Source of the DNA: Pedosphaera sp.
GTDB lineage: Bacteria > Verrucomicrobiota > Verrucomicrobiia > Limisphaerales > SIBH01
Length of the DNA stretch: 13,223 nt
Assembly: GCA_031414955.1 (NCBI GenBank)
Contig: JANOQV010000284.1
Coordinates: 1 to 13,223 of the forward strand
Reading direction: 5' to 3'
The position numbers and the translations under genes were made by a program. The notes beneath the pieces are model-generated. The model saw nothing but the letters and a program-made list of their open reading frames with translations. It searched no databases and was not told the origin of the DNA. The number at the start of each line of letters is the position of its first letter. Within the stretch, counting starts at the first letter, position 1. This document shows positions 4,759 to 13,223 of this stretch, piece by piece.

Positions 4759-7700
4759 ATGAAACGATTTATTGCGTGCTCGCTGCTCGGAATGTGCGTG
4801 CTACCCGTCCTGGCGATTGATCCTCCACCGCCCGTCATCCAAAACATCACCGTCTCAAATGGGGTGAAGACCGTGACCTTCACACCCTCGCCCGCAATCG
4901 AGCAGTACGACATCAAGAGCAGCGTCAATGTGGGCGTGCCGTTCACCAACGACGGCTCAGGGGTGTTGAGCGGCACGACTTTCCGGGCCACCAACTCGCA
5001 GCCGACGCGCTTCTACTCTGTGGCGGCCACCCCGTTGAGCAGCAATGATTTGCTCTCGGTGAACCTGCTCAACCGCATCGCCTACGGCCCGACCCCGGAT
5101 GAACTCGTTCGCGTGAAGGCGATGGGGCCGCAGGCCTACATCGCCGAGCAACTGGCCCCGGAGGTAATCAATGATTCCTTCGATGTCTTCACCACGGAAG
5201 CGACCAACAGCACGCCGCCCCTGCCTCCGCAGTGGCAGTTCCTGAGTTTCTCCGGCACGGTCTCCAGCTCCAATCTGTATCTTTACCTGACCCAGGCGGG
5301 CGACGCCTACATCGACGACATGGCGTTCCAGATCGTGACCAACCGCATCGACATCATCGACACGGGCACGAACTTCATCACCAACGTCGTAGCCGTCGCC
5401 AGCCCGAATTTGCTTCAGGACGGGGACTTCGAGAATACAGATTTGACCCCACCGTGGACGGTGACCGCGAACATGATCGGATCGAGTCTGAGCACCACCT
5501 CCGCCCACTCCGGAAGCAACAGCCTGCATTTGGTATCAGCGGGGATTGGCAGCACGGAAGCCAACTCCATTTATCAGCGCATGACGAATCTGGCCGGGTT
5601 TAATTTCAACGGCAGCACCCAGCGTTGCATCCTGAGCTTCTGGTATCTGCCCGGAACAGGGTCCCACCTAATCAAGACGCGCCTCAGCGGCAGCGGCGTG
5701 GTGGGATCGGGTAATGCGCCCGCGCCCGCGTCGGAATGGATTTATGCCACGGCCACCGGATTGGCCAACGCCACCAAGACCATTTACATCTACACCTCGG
5801 GAGCCGGCGAAGCATACATCGACGACGTGAAGCTGGTGGCCGGCAGCGTGGCCGGCGTCGGGCCGAACCTGATTCGCAACGGTGATTTCGAGGCGGCGCT
5901 GGAGACCAACAATTGGAACGCGACGGCCAATTTCACCAATTCCTTGATCAGCAGCAATTTCGCCCACTCCGGTTTGGGCAGCTTGAAGGTGGTGGCGAGT
6001 GCCGCAGGGGCCGGCAACGGCAACTCTCTCTTCCAGACCAATATCTTCGTGACCAACGGACAGACTTATACGGTGAGCTTTTGGTACATGTTCCCGACCC
6101 GGAACCGGACACTGACCGTGCGACTGTCTGGCGCGAACGACGTGCCCGGCGATCCCGGTCTGCTGGCCGCGGTGCCTCGGGGAGCCGGCGCGCTTCGTTA
6201 CCGTTTGGAGAACATTCGTAACTCCAGCCTCGAGAATGGCGGCCAGACCACGGCCACCATTGGCGGCGCGAACCTGTTCGACTTGCGCGCCTATCATGTC
6301 CTCAGTGCGGTGAGCGGAAAGCGCCAACTCATTGAGGTGCTGTTGCAATTCCTGGAAAACCATTTCGTGACCCAGAACGGCAAGAGCTTCGATTATCTCG
6401 ACCGTTTTTATGACGATGGCAACCTGATGGACATCCTGGCCACGGACTGGGATTGGCGCGAGCGCACCAAGTGGCAGGCCGCCTTGCTCAATCCGAACTG
6501 CAACTTCTACGATCTGCTCAAGATTCACGTCGAAAGCCCGGCGGAGATCGTTTACCTCGACACGGTGGATAGCAAAGGCAACGGCATCAACGTGGCCAAC
6601 GAAAACTACGCCCGTGAAATCCAGGAACTCTTCGCCATGGGCGTGGACAACGGCTACGACCAGAACGACATCATCGCCATGTCGCGCGCCTGGACCGGTT
6701 GGTCGGTGGACATCGTCGATGAGGTGGACATCAACAATCCCTTCGCCGCCCAATCAACCCGGGTGGGCTTCTATGCGGGCGTCGGCAGCACGGCGGTTTC
6801 GAACCTCGTCGGCGTCTGGACCTTCAACTACAAGTCAGGCCAGCATGGCACCAACCGCGCGCCCATCTGGTCGGTCTGGGATCCCGCCGCACCCGCCACG
6901 AACCCGCGCGCCTTGGGGCCGAAACTGGTGCCGGCGCGCTTCGGCGCGGCCTTTGGCGCCGGCACTTCCTATCAACTTGCGTTGCCCCAGAACCGCACTG
7001 GAACCAACGGCATTTTGGACGGCTATGACATCACCGCCTCCATAGCCAATCTGCCTTTCACCATGGAATACATCAGCGTGAAGCTGTGCCGGCTGCTGGT
7101 TCACGAAGACTTCCCCAACCCGAATACGTTCGTCGGATCGCCGGAATATGACTTCTACGACTACACCAACCCGAACCGCTCTGCCGAGGCCGAACTGGTC
7201 CGCCAGTGCATGACGGCTTGGAACACGCCCGTCAACGGACGCAAGGGCAACATTCGCTCGGTGCTGAGTGTCATCCTCAACTCCGATCTGTTCCGCAGCC
7301 ACGGCGGTTCCTTGCAGAAGGTGAAGACGCCGCTTGAGTTCGCGGTCGCCACCATTCGCTCCATCCGCTCGACTAACAGTGCCGGTGCCTTCACGGCCAG
7401 CACTGATGGCTACTCCATCAGCGGCCGCAGCCGCACGGCCAGTTCCGCGCCGCTCACCCGCATGGGCACCATGATGCTCTTCGACCGCGATGCGCCGGAT
7501 GGCTTCCCCGAGGCGGGCGCACCTTGGATCAGTTCCGGCACGCTGGCCGAGCGTGTGCGGTTTATCCAGACCGCGCTGATGGCCACAACGGACGCGCTCA
7601 AGGGCGATGGCATCAGCGGCGGCAATTTCAACCTCACCGACCCGGTCGGACTGTTGAAGGCGAAGCTCGCCCCGGCCAACTACAACAACGCCGGCGCGGT

Positions 7701-7914
7701 CGCGGATCTGTTCCTGGGTTACCTCTTCCCTGGCGAAGGCAAGGCCAACCTGGATGACTACCGCAACCTGGCCATCAACTTCCTGAACACGAACGACAAC
7801 GGAGTCGGCTCGTCGTTGTTCACCACACTGGTCAACACCACGGCCGCCTACGACACCCGTGTTCGGTCGATGGTTTCGATGCTCATGACTCTGCCGCGTT
7901 TCCAGGAACAATAA
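4759..7914 (+). CDS. Secreted DUF1800 family protein with two inserted carbohydrate-binding-like repeats
   Basis: Signal peptide MKRFIACSLLGMCVLPVLA. DUF1800 motifs LLNRIAYGP..YIAEQL, QLIEVL..F.ENHF, SPA...YLD, NENYAREIQELFAMG, GYDQND....RAWTGW, KVKTPLEF and terminal PRFQ. Internal NL..(N/D)GDFE and YIDD repeats. Confidence 0.9.
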   Translation: MKRFIACSLLGMCVLPVLAIDPPPPVIQNITVSNGVKTVTFTPSPAIEQYDIKSSVNVGVPFTNDGSGVLSGTTFRATNSQPTRFYSVAATPLSSNDLLSVNLLNRIAYGPTPDELVRVKAMGPQAYIAEQLAPEVINDSFDVFTTEATNSTPPLPPQWQFLSFSGTVSSSNLYLYLTQAGDAYIDDMAFQIVTNRIDIIDTGTNFITNVVAVASPNLLQDGDFENTDLTPPWTVTANMIGSSLSTTSAHSGSNSLHLVSAGIGSTEANSIYQRMTNLAGFNFNGSTQRCILSFWYLPGTGSHLIKTRLSGSGVVGSGNAPAPASEWIYATATGLANATKTIYIYTSGAGEAYIDDVKLVAGSVAGVGPNLIRNGDFEAALETNNWNATANFTNSLISSNFAHSGLGSLKVVASAAGAGNGNSLFQTNIFVTNGQTYTVSFWYMFPTRNRTLTVRLSGANDVPGDPGLLAAVPRGAGALRYRLENIRNSSLENGGQTTATIGGANLFDLRAYHVLSAVSGKRQLIEVLLQFLENHFVTQNGKSFDYLDRFYDDGNLMDILATDWDWRERTKWQAALLNPNCNFYDLLKIHVESPAEIVYLDTVDSKGNGINVANENYAREIQELFAMGVDNGYDQNDIIAMSRAWTGWSVDIVDEVDINNPFAAQSTRVGFYAGVGSTAVSNLVGVWTFNYKSGQHGTNRAPIWSVWDPAAPATNPRALGPKLVPARFGAAFGAGTSYQLALPQNRTGTNGILDGYDITASIANLPFTMEYISVKLCRLLVHEDFPNPNTFVGSPEYDFYDYTNPNRSAEAELVRQCMTAWNTPVNGRKGNIRSVLSVILNSDLFRSHGGSLQKVKTPLEFAVATIRSIRSTNSAGAFTASTDGYSISGRSRTASSAPLTRMGTMMLFDRDAPDGFPEAGAPWISSGTLAERVRFIQTALMATTDALKGDGISGGNFNLTDPVGLLKAKLAPANYNNAGAVADLFLGYLFPGEGKANLDDYRNLAINFLNTNDNGVGSSLFTTLVNTTAAYDTRVRSMVSMLMTLPRFQEQ

Positions 7915-7926
7915 TTCAGCACCATT

Positions 7927-9606
7927 ATGCAACATCATCACTTCAACATCCTTAACCGCCGGGAATTCCTCACCACGGCGGGCAAAGCGGGCATGGCTGC
8001 GGCCCTGGCCTCCGTCACCAATGTGCCTGGCATTCTGCGACGGGCCATGGCCGAAGGCACCATCGGCAACGGCAAGAAGGTGCTCTTCATCTGGCTGCGC
8101 GGCGCCAATGACGCGCTCAACTCGGTCATCCCCGTCGGGGATTCTGCCTACGCGACCAGTCGCCCGATCATCCGGATTCCCACCGATGGCCTCACGAACT
8201 ACGCCCTGACCGGACTGCCGGCTGACGATCCTCAGGCGGGCGCGGCCTCGACCTACGGCTTCTACCCGAACGCCATCCGTCTGGGCAATGGCTTCGCCGC
8301 CCTGCATCCGTCGCTCAAGTTCCTCGCGCCGGTTTACAACGCGGGCGATCTCGCGCTCATTCATCGTGTCGCCTATCCCAAGCAATCGCGCTCCCACTTC
8401 GACTCGCAGAACTACTGGGAGAACGGCAACCCGAACAACAACCTGAGCAAGGACGGCATCTTCTACCGCACCATCATCGAGTCGGACAATTACGCCAACG
8501 GGGTGAAGGCCGTCTCCATCCAGAGTTCGCTGCCGCTGATCTTCCGCGGCTCCAAGGTGGCCCTGACCAACCTGACCGATCCGTTGCGCTACAATCTGTT
8601 GAGCATCCCCTCCCCGGCCGGCGATCCGAAGTCGGATGCCTCCATCGCGGCGGGCAACAGCTACGGTTTCGCCCCCAAGTTGAACCGCGACATGCTCCAC
8701 AGTCAGTACTCGAGCCTGCAGCAGACCTTGAATGCCTTCGCCGCCATCAACTTCACCGAGGCGGGCAACACCTATCAGGACTTCGTCAAGACCGACAGCG
8801 ACGCCACCTGGCTGCCGATCGACGGCACGGGCACTCCCATTCCCGGATCGGACGCGGCCAAGGGCTATTTCCTGTTCCCCACCACGAACGACAAGAACGG
8901 CGGCTGGCGCCGGCCGGACACCTCGGTTACCGGCAACAAGTACGTGGTGAACCCGGGACACCAGAGCTTCTTCTACAACCTGCGCGCCGCCGCCCTGGTG
9001 TTGAACAACACCTCCGCCATCATTGCCGGCACCGAACTGGGCGGCTTCGACACGCACTTGCAACAAGTCCAGGGCAGTGCGGCCAGCAACCAGTCCGTGC
9101 TGGGCAACCACGCCGACTTGCAGCGCGTCATCGGCTGGTCGATTTATGCTTTGCGCAAGTACTTCACCCACTACTCCAACCAGGTGAACTGGGACGACGT
9201 CGTGGTGGTCACGCTTTCCGAATTTGGGCGCACCACGCGCGAGAACAGCGACAACGGCACTGACCACGCCGAGGCCAACGTCATGTGGGCGGCGGGCGGA
9301 GCGGTCAAGGGCTACGGCGCGGGCAATCCGACCGGCGTCTTCAACTGCGGCCCAAGCGACACCATCCCGTGGGTCACGGGGACCGGAGCGGGCAGCGCCA
9401 TGTTCGGCATCAGCAACAGCTATCTCAAGCGCACCACGGACTACCGCTCCGTGCTGGGCGAAGTCATCCGCAAACACCTCGGGGCCACCCAGAACCAGTT
9501 GAACCGCATCATTCCTGGCTACGCTAATTCCGGGGAACACCTGCTTACCGCCGGCACTTCCTCCGTCGACGGCACAGCCGTTCGCGGCGAAGTCGGCTTT
9601 CTGTAG
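7927..9606 (+). CDS. Tat-exported DUF1501 family protein
   Basis: Twin-arginine signal NRREFL. Motifs LRGANDALN, LHPSL, SRSHFDSQ..W, GGFDTH, SEFGRT..EN...GTDH and DYRSV. Lies 12 nt after DUF1800, the usual partner arrangement. Confidence 0.92.
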   Translation: MQHHHFNILNRREFLTTAGKAGMAAALASVTNVPGILRRAMAEGTIGNGKKVLFIWLRGANDALNSVIPVGDSAYATSRPIIRIPTDGLTNYALTGLPADDPQAGAASTYGFYPNAIRLGNGFAALHPSLKFLAPVYNAGDLALIHRVAYPKQSRSHFDSQNYWENGNPNNNLSKDGIFYRTIIESDNYANGVKAVSIQSSLPLIFRGSKVALTNLTDPLRYNLLSIPSPAGDPKSDASIAAGNSYGFAPKLNRDMLHSQYSSLQQTLNAFAAINFTEAGNTYQDFVKTDSDATWLPIDGTGTPIPGSDAAKGYFLFPTTNDKNGGWRRPDTSVTGNKYVVNPGHQSFFYNLRAAALVLNNTSAIIAGTELGGFDTHLQQVQGSAASNQSVLGNHADLQRVIGWSIYALRKYFTHYSNQVNWDDVVVVTLSEFGRTTRENSDNGTDHAEANVMWAAGGAVKGYGAGNPTGVFNCGPSDTIPWVTGTGAGSAMFGISNSYLKRTTDYRSVLGEVIRKHLGATQNQLNRIIPGYANSGEHLLTAGTSSVDGTAVRGEVGFL

Positions 9607-9617
9607 TAGAGTCTGGC

Positions 9618-10568
9618 ATGACTGGTTTGTGCACCCCGGCGAGCCTGATCTGGCTCGCCGGGTTTTGTTTCCTCCTGGCCGATGCGGTTCCGGTGCGAGC
9701 TGCGTCGGTCACGCTTTTCGCCGTGGCGGATGCGACCTTGATTGAGCGCAATCCCTCCAACAGCCTGGGCGCGGCTACCTGGATCACCGCCGGCATCACC
9801 CAGAACGGCAACACCAACCGCGCCCTGCTGAAGTTCGACGTGGCGGGCGCCCTGCCCGCCGGCGCGACCGTGACGTTCGCCGGCCTGAATGTGTGGGTCA
9901 CTGGGCAACCCCGGGACGGCTACGCGGAAACTGCCTTCTCGCTGCGCCGGATGCTCCGCCCCTGGGGCGAAGGTCCAAACGGCGATCCGCCGGATGCTCC
10001 AGGCTTCGGAGTACCAGCTCAACCCGGCGACGCCACCTGGCTGACCGCGTTTTGGGATACGAACGCGTGGACAATTCCCGGCGGGCTGGAGGGCGTGGAT
10101 TATTCGGATGCGCCCAGCACCGCCACGACCATCGCCGGTATTCGTTCGCAGCCGTATTTTTTTGAGGCCGGCGGGGCCATCACCGACGCACAATTTTGGC
10201 TCGACCACCCGGAACAGAATTTCGGCTGGATGCTGCGGGCGGACCTGGAGACGGGCCTTGAGGCGCGCTTCACGGCCCGGCGTTTTGGTTCGCGCGAACT
10301 GGAGGATCCCAACACCTCGCCGCAACTCATCATCGACTACCTGCCGCCCATGCTCATCACCAACGTGCAAATGGCGGGTAATCAAATTGCCATGTCGTTC
10401 CCCACCGATTTCGGCTACTCCTATCGCATCGAGTGGCGGCCCGCCACGGAGAGCACGAACGCATGGACCACCCTGACCAACTTCGGAATCATCTTCTCCC
10501 CCGGCCCGCGCACCGCCACGGATTCGCTCTCCAACACCCAGCGCTTCTACCGCTTGCGCCGCGACTAA
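9618..10568 (+). CDS. Secreted DNRLRE-like domain protein with a C-terminal 'RFYRL' beta domain
   Basis: Signal peptide ending ..PVRA-A; ADATLIE..N.G..AG..RALLKFD..LPAGATV, W.EG, ATW, W...GG, NFGWML, F.SRE....PQL.IDY layout typical of DNRLRE-type domains; ends QRFYRLRRD. Confidence 0.8.
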   Translation: MTGLCTPASLIWLAGFCFLLADAVPVRAASVTLFAVADATLIERNPSNSLGAATWITAGITQNGNTNRALLKFDVAGALPAGATVTFAGLNVWVTGQPRDGYAETAFSLRRMLRPWGEGPNGDPPDAPGFGVPAQPGDATWLTAFWDTNAWTIPGGLEGVDYSDAPSTATTIAGIRSQPYFFEAGGAITDAQFWLDHPEQNFGWMLRADLETGLEARFTARRFGSRELEDPNTSPQLIIDYLPPMLITNVQMAGNQIAMSFPTDFGYSYRIEWRPATESTNAWTTLTNFGIIFSPGPRTATDSLSNTQRFYRLRRD

Positions 10569-10744
10569 TCGAAATCCGAGCAGCTCATGAAGTAGTGGCA
10601 GCGCGGGCAGCGCAGCTTGCACTTGTGATTCTCCAGTTCATGCCCGCACTGCGGACACCAGCGCCAAGGCTCGGCCATCGGCTCGATGGAGCACGGCGCC
10701 GGTTCGCTCGGCTGCTCCGCTTCCTTTTCACTCTCGCTGGCCAT
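10565..10744 (-). CDS. 59-aa CPxCG-type zinc-finger microprotein (not in the ORF track)
   Basis: MASESEKEAEQPSEPAPCSIEPMAEPWRWCPQCGHELENHKCKLRCPRCHYFMSCSDFD*. Two CxxC pairs plus extra Cys; GAAGG SD-like sequence upstream; stop overlaps the DNRLRE gene stop by 4 nt. Confidence 0.8.
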   Translation of the reverse strand: MASESEKEAEQPSEPAPCSIEPMAEPWRWCPQCGHELENHKCKLRCPRCHYFMSCSDFD

Positions 10745-10829
10745 GCCTTCGTTCTAATGCCAAGCCCTGCGCGGAGGAAATGAAATCCTCTTTGCGCTCC
10801 GGCGACTTTCCCAGAGGATTCCGGCACCG

Positions 10830-12089
10830 ATGAAGAAGACCGCCTTGTCCGAACTCGCGCGCCGCACCGGCGAGCCAGCCATCTCGTGGTTAATGAAGCT
10901 GACGCTCGATCATCCCAAGCTCATCTCGCTCGCCGCCGGTTTCACGGACAACGCCTCCCTGCCGGTGGCCGAAGCGCAGACCGTGCTGCACGACCTGCTG
11001 GCCTCGCCCGCTGGTCGGCCCGCACTGCAATACGGTTCCACGGCCGGCGACGCTCTTTTGCGCGAACTCACCGCCGTGCGCGTGCAGAGCGCCGACGGCC
11101 ATCGCGACGCCCGCGTTCACGATCCCGATCGCACCCTCATCACGAGCGGCTCGCAACAACTCCTCTACCTGACCACGGAGGCGCTGTGCGATCCGGGCGA
11201 CATCGTGCTGGTTGAAGACCCGACGTATTTCGTCTTCCTCGGCATCACCCAAAGTCACGGCCTGCACACCCGCAGTATTCGCATGGAGCACGACGGGATT
11301 GACCTGGCGCATCTGGAGCAAGTCCTGACGGAATTGAAACGCGCCGGCGAACTGCCGCGCCTGAAGATGCTCTACCTCGTTTCCTATTTTCAGAATCCCA
11401 CCGGCCGGACCACGAGTTTCGCCAAGAAGCGTGCCGCGCTGGAGCTGTTGCAAAAGTTCGAGCGCGCCGCCGGCCATCCAATCTATCTGCTCGAAGACGC
11501 AGCCTATCGCGAACTCCGGTTCACGGCCACGGACGAGCGTTCGGCTCTCGCCACGGCCTTTTCCCACCGCGTGATTTACGCCGGCACCTACAGCAAACCT
11601 TTCGCCAGCGGCGCGCGCGTCGGCTTCGGCATCCTGCCGCCGGAGATTTTCACCGCCGTCGCCCGGATCAAGGGCAACCACGACTTCGGCACCTCCAACC
11701 TGCTGCAACAGCTTTTGGCCCGCGCCCTCGCCAGCGGTGCTTATGCGAAGCATCTGCCTTTGCTTCAGAGGCGCTACGCAGCCAAGGCCGCGCGCATGAC
11801 GAACGCCATCCGCGAACACTTCCCCGCCGAAGTGCGGTGGGCGGAACCGCAGGGTGGCCTTTACGTCTGGGCGCAAGCTCCGCGGCGGCGCACGACGGGT
11901 GTGAAATCCAGGCTCTTCCAGGCCGCGCTCCAGCAAGGCGTTCTCTACGTCCCCGGAGAACTTTGCTACGGCCACGACTCCGCGCGGCGCAGACCCAACC
12001 ACGAAATGCGCCTGAGCTTCGGTGGCGCGAAAGACGCCGACATTCCACGCGGCATCGAGCGGTTGGGCCGGGTGCTGCAGGCGGGATAA
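10830..12089 (+). CDS. PLP-dependent class I/II aminotransferase (LysN/2-aminoadipate transaminase or MocR-AT-like)
   Basis: ISLAAG, ALQYG, ITSGSQQ, VEDPTY, FQNPTG, EDAAY, GTYSK(PLP Lys)PFASGARVG, GGLYVW, VPG, MRLSF. No N-terminal HTH. Confidence 0.9.
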   Translation: MKKTALSELARRTGEPAISWLMKLTLDHPKLISLAAGFTDNASLPVAEAQTVLHDLLASPAGRPALQYGSTAGDALLRELTAVRVQSADGHRDARVHDPDRTLITSGSQQLLYLTTEALCDPGDIVLVEDPTYFVFLGITQSHGLHTRSIRMEHDGIDLAHLEQVLTELKRAGELPRLKMLYLVSYFQNPTGRTTSFAKKRAALELLQKFERAAGHPIYLLEDAAYRELRFTATDERSALATAFSHRVIYAGTYSKPFASGARVGFGILPPEIFTAVARIKGNHDFGTSNLLQQLLARALASGAYAKHLPLLQRRYAAKAARMTNAIREHFPAEVRWAEPQGGLYVWAQAPRRRTTGVKSRLFQAALQQGVLYVPGELCYGHDSARRRPNHEMRLSFGGAKDADIPRGIERLGRVLQAG

Positions 12090-12138
12090 GTCCGGCGTAG
12101 TTCAGGCCCGCCCTCCAGCCCCGCGCTCCGTAGCGCGC

Positions 12139-13158
12139 TCACCCGCGCACCGAGTTCAGCCCCAGCCGCACGATGCGTTCGATCAACTGCGGATACGCCA
12201 GGTTCGCCTTCAGAGCCGACTGCGCAAAGTCTTCGTCCGCCGCGAGAATGGGATTCGGATTGGCCTCGATGAAATAGACCTCGTTCGCGGCGGTGACGCG
12301 CAAGTCCACGCGCGCGTAGCCGTCGATGGTGAGCAGATGGTAGATGCGTTTGCAGGTCTGCTGAATCTGCGCGACGACGACCGGATCAAGTCTCTCGGCG
12401 AACTGGTTCTGCAAGCCCCAGCGCTTGCGATACTCCTCGTCCCACTTGGCCTTGTAGGTGGCAATCTTTGGCTCGTCTGGCGGCACTTCCTTGAAGACGA
12501 GTTCGCGGATCGGGAACGCCTGCAAGCGATGATTGCCCATGACGCTGACGTAGAGTTCGCGCCCATCGATGTATTCCTCGGCGATGGCGTCGCTGTCGAA
12601 CTTCTCATGGATGAACTGCACGCGCTCCTTGAACTGCTCGTCCGTCTCGACCAGCGAAGCCTGCGAGATACCGAGCGAGGCCTCCTCCTTGAGCGGCTTG
12701 ACCAGGATGGGGAACTTGAGCCGCTTGGGCCGCGCGGTGCGTTTGCCCCGCGCCACGGTCACGAAGTCCGGCACGCGGATGCGATGGTAGTCGAGAATCT
12801 TCTTCGAGATGCCCTTGTGCTTGCAGAGCGTCAGCCCGGTGGAGCTGCAACCGGTGAAGGGCAGCCCCTGCATCTCCAGATACGAAACGATGGCCTGGTC
12901 GAAGGCGCGGTTGTTCTTGAACTGATCGGCGAGATTGAAAATCACGTCCGGCTCGAAGCTCGCCACCTTCTGCTGCACCAGGTCGAGGTTGTCGAAGATG
13001 GCGAGGTGTTCGGCAGTGTGCCCAAGTTCGCGCAAGGCGTCGAGCACGTTGCACTCCGTTTTCCAATCCTCGGTTTTCAGCTCCGCGCTCAGATCCTGAT
13101 CGAGCGTGGTGGGCGCGATGGCGTCGAAGAGGGCGAGGACTTTGAGTTTCTTTTTCAT
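12139..13158 (-). CDS. D-alanine--D-alanine ligase-like ATP-grasp protein
   Basis: PDVIFNL, LPFTG, FPILVKP..EEASLGI, EEYIDGRELYV, GYARVDLR and IEANPNP. Lacks the N-terminal GGxSxE motif of canonical Ddl, so no symbol is given. Confidence 0.85.
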   Translation of the reverse strand: MKKKLKVLALFDAIAPTTLDQDLSAELKTEDWKTECNVLDALRELGHTAEHLAIFDNLDLVQQKVASFEPDVIFNLADQFKNNRAFDQAIVSYLEMQGLPFTGCSSTGLTLCKHKGISKKILDYHRIRVPDFVTVARGKRTARPKRLKFPILVKPLKEEASLGISQASLVETDEQFKERVQFIHEKFDSDAIAEEYIDGRELYVSVMGNHRLQAFPIRELVFKEVPPDEPKIATYKAKWDEEYRKRWGLQNQFAERLDPVVVAQIQQTCKRIYHLLTIDGYARVDLRVTAANEVYFIEANPNPILAADEDFAQSALKANLAYPQLIERIVRLGLNSVRG

Positions 13159-13223
13159 GGGCAACGGAGGGAGTGAAGGTGCGGCCGGGCCAACCTGCCC
13201 GGAGCGCGACGCACCGACGTCGC

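Noticed and set aside
6835..9540. 901-aa ORF on the minus strand
   Set aside because: Antisense shadow of the DUF1800/DUF1501 genes, caused by GC-biased codon usage; no recognisable motifs.
10585..10827. 80-aa minus-strand ORF from the track
   Set aside because: Arg/Ala-rich and without motifs; the overlapping frame 10744-10565 encodes a far more convincing zinc-finger protein.
12022..13176. 384-aa plus-strand ORF, and the 10890-12002, 9519-10622 and 5668-6753 minus-strand ORFs
   Set aside because: Antisense shadows of well-supported genes on the opposite strand.

Overview
GC-rich bacterial DNA, most likely Verrucomicrobiota (Pedosphaera/Limisphaera-like); this is inferred from the H-X9-DG prepilin-like protein, the TN-rich secreted proteins and the 'RFYR'-type terminal domains. 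Gene order: 3' part of a frameshifted membrane-anchored putative anti-sigma factor gene (+); prepilin-type/H-X9-DG protein (-); an intergenic region with a structured, terminator-ended minus-strand RNA candidate; moaD, a conserved hypothetical gene, a symmetric heptamer-repeat hairpin and moaE (+); secreted EF-hand protein and thiH (-); an operon of exported DUF1800 (with two inserted CBM-like repeats), Tat-exported DUF1501 and a DNRLRE-like protein (+); a 59-aa Cys-rich zinc-finger microprotein missed by the ORF track (-); a PLP-dependent aminotransferase (+); a D-Ala-D-Ala-ligase-like ATP-grasp protein (-). The most interesting signals are the candidate sRNA/attenuator at about 1640-1770, the 60+60-nt heptamer hairpin covering the moaE ribosome-binding site, and the modular secreted DUF1800-DUF1501-DNRLRE system. 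All family calls come from motif recognition, not from database searches.
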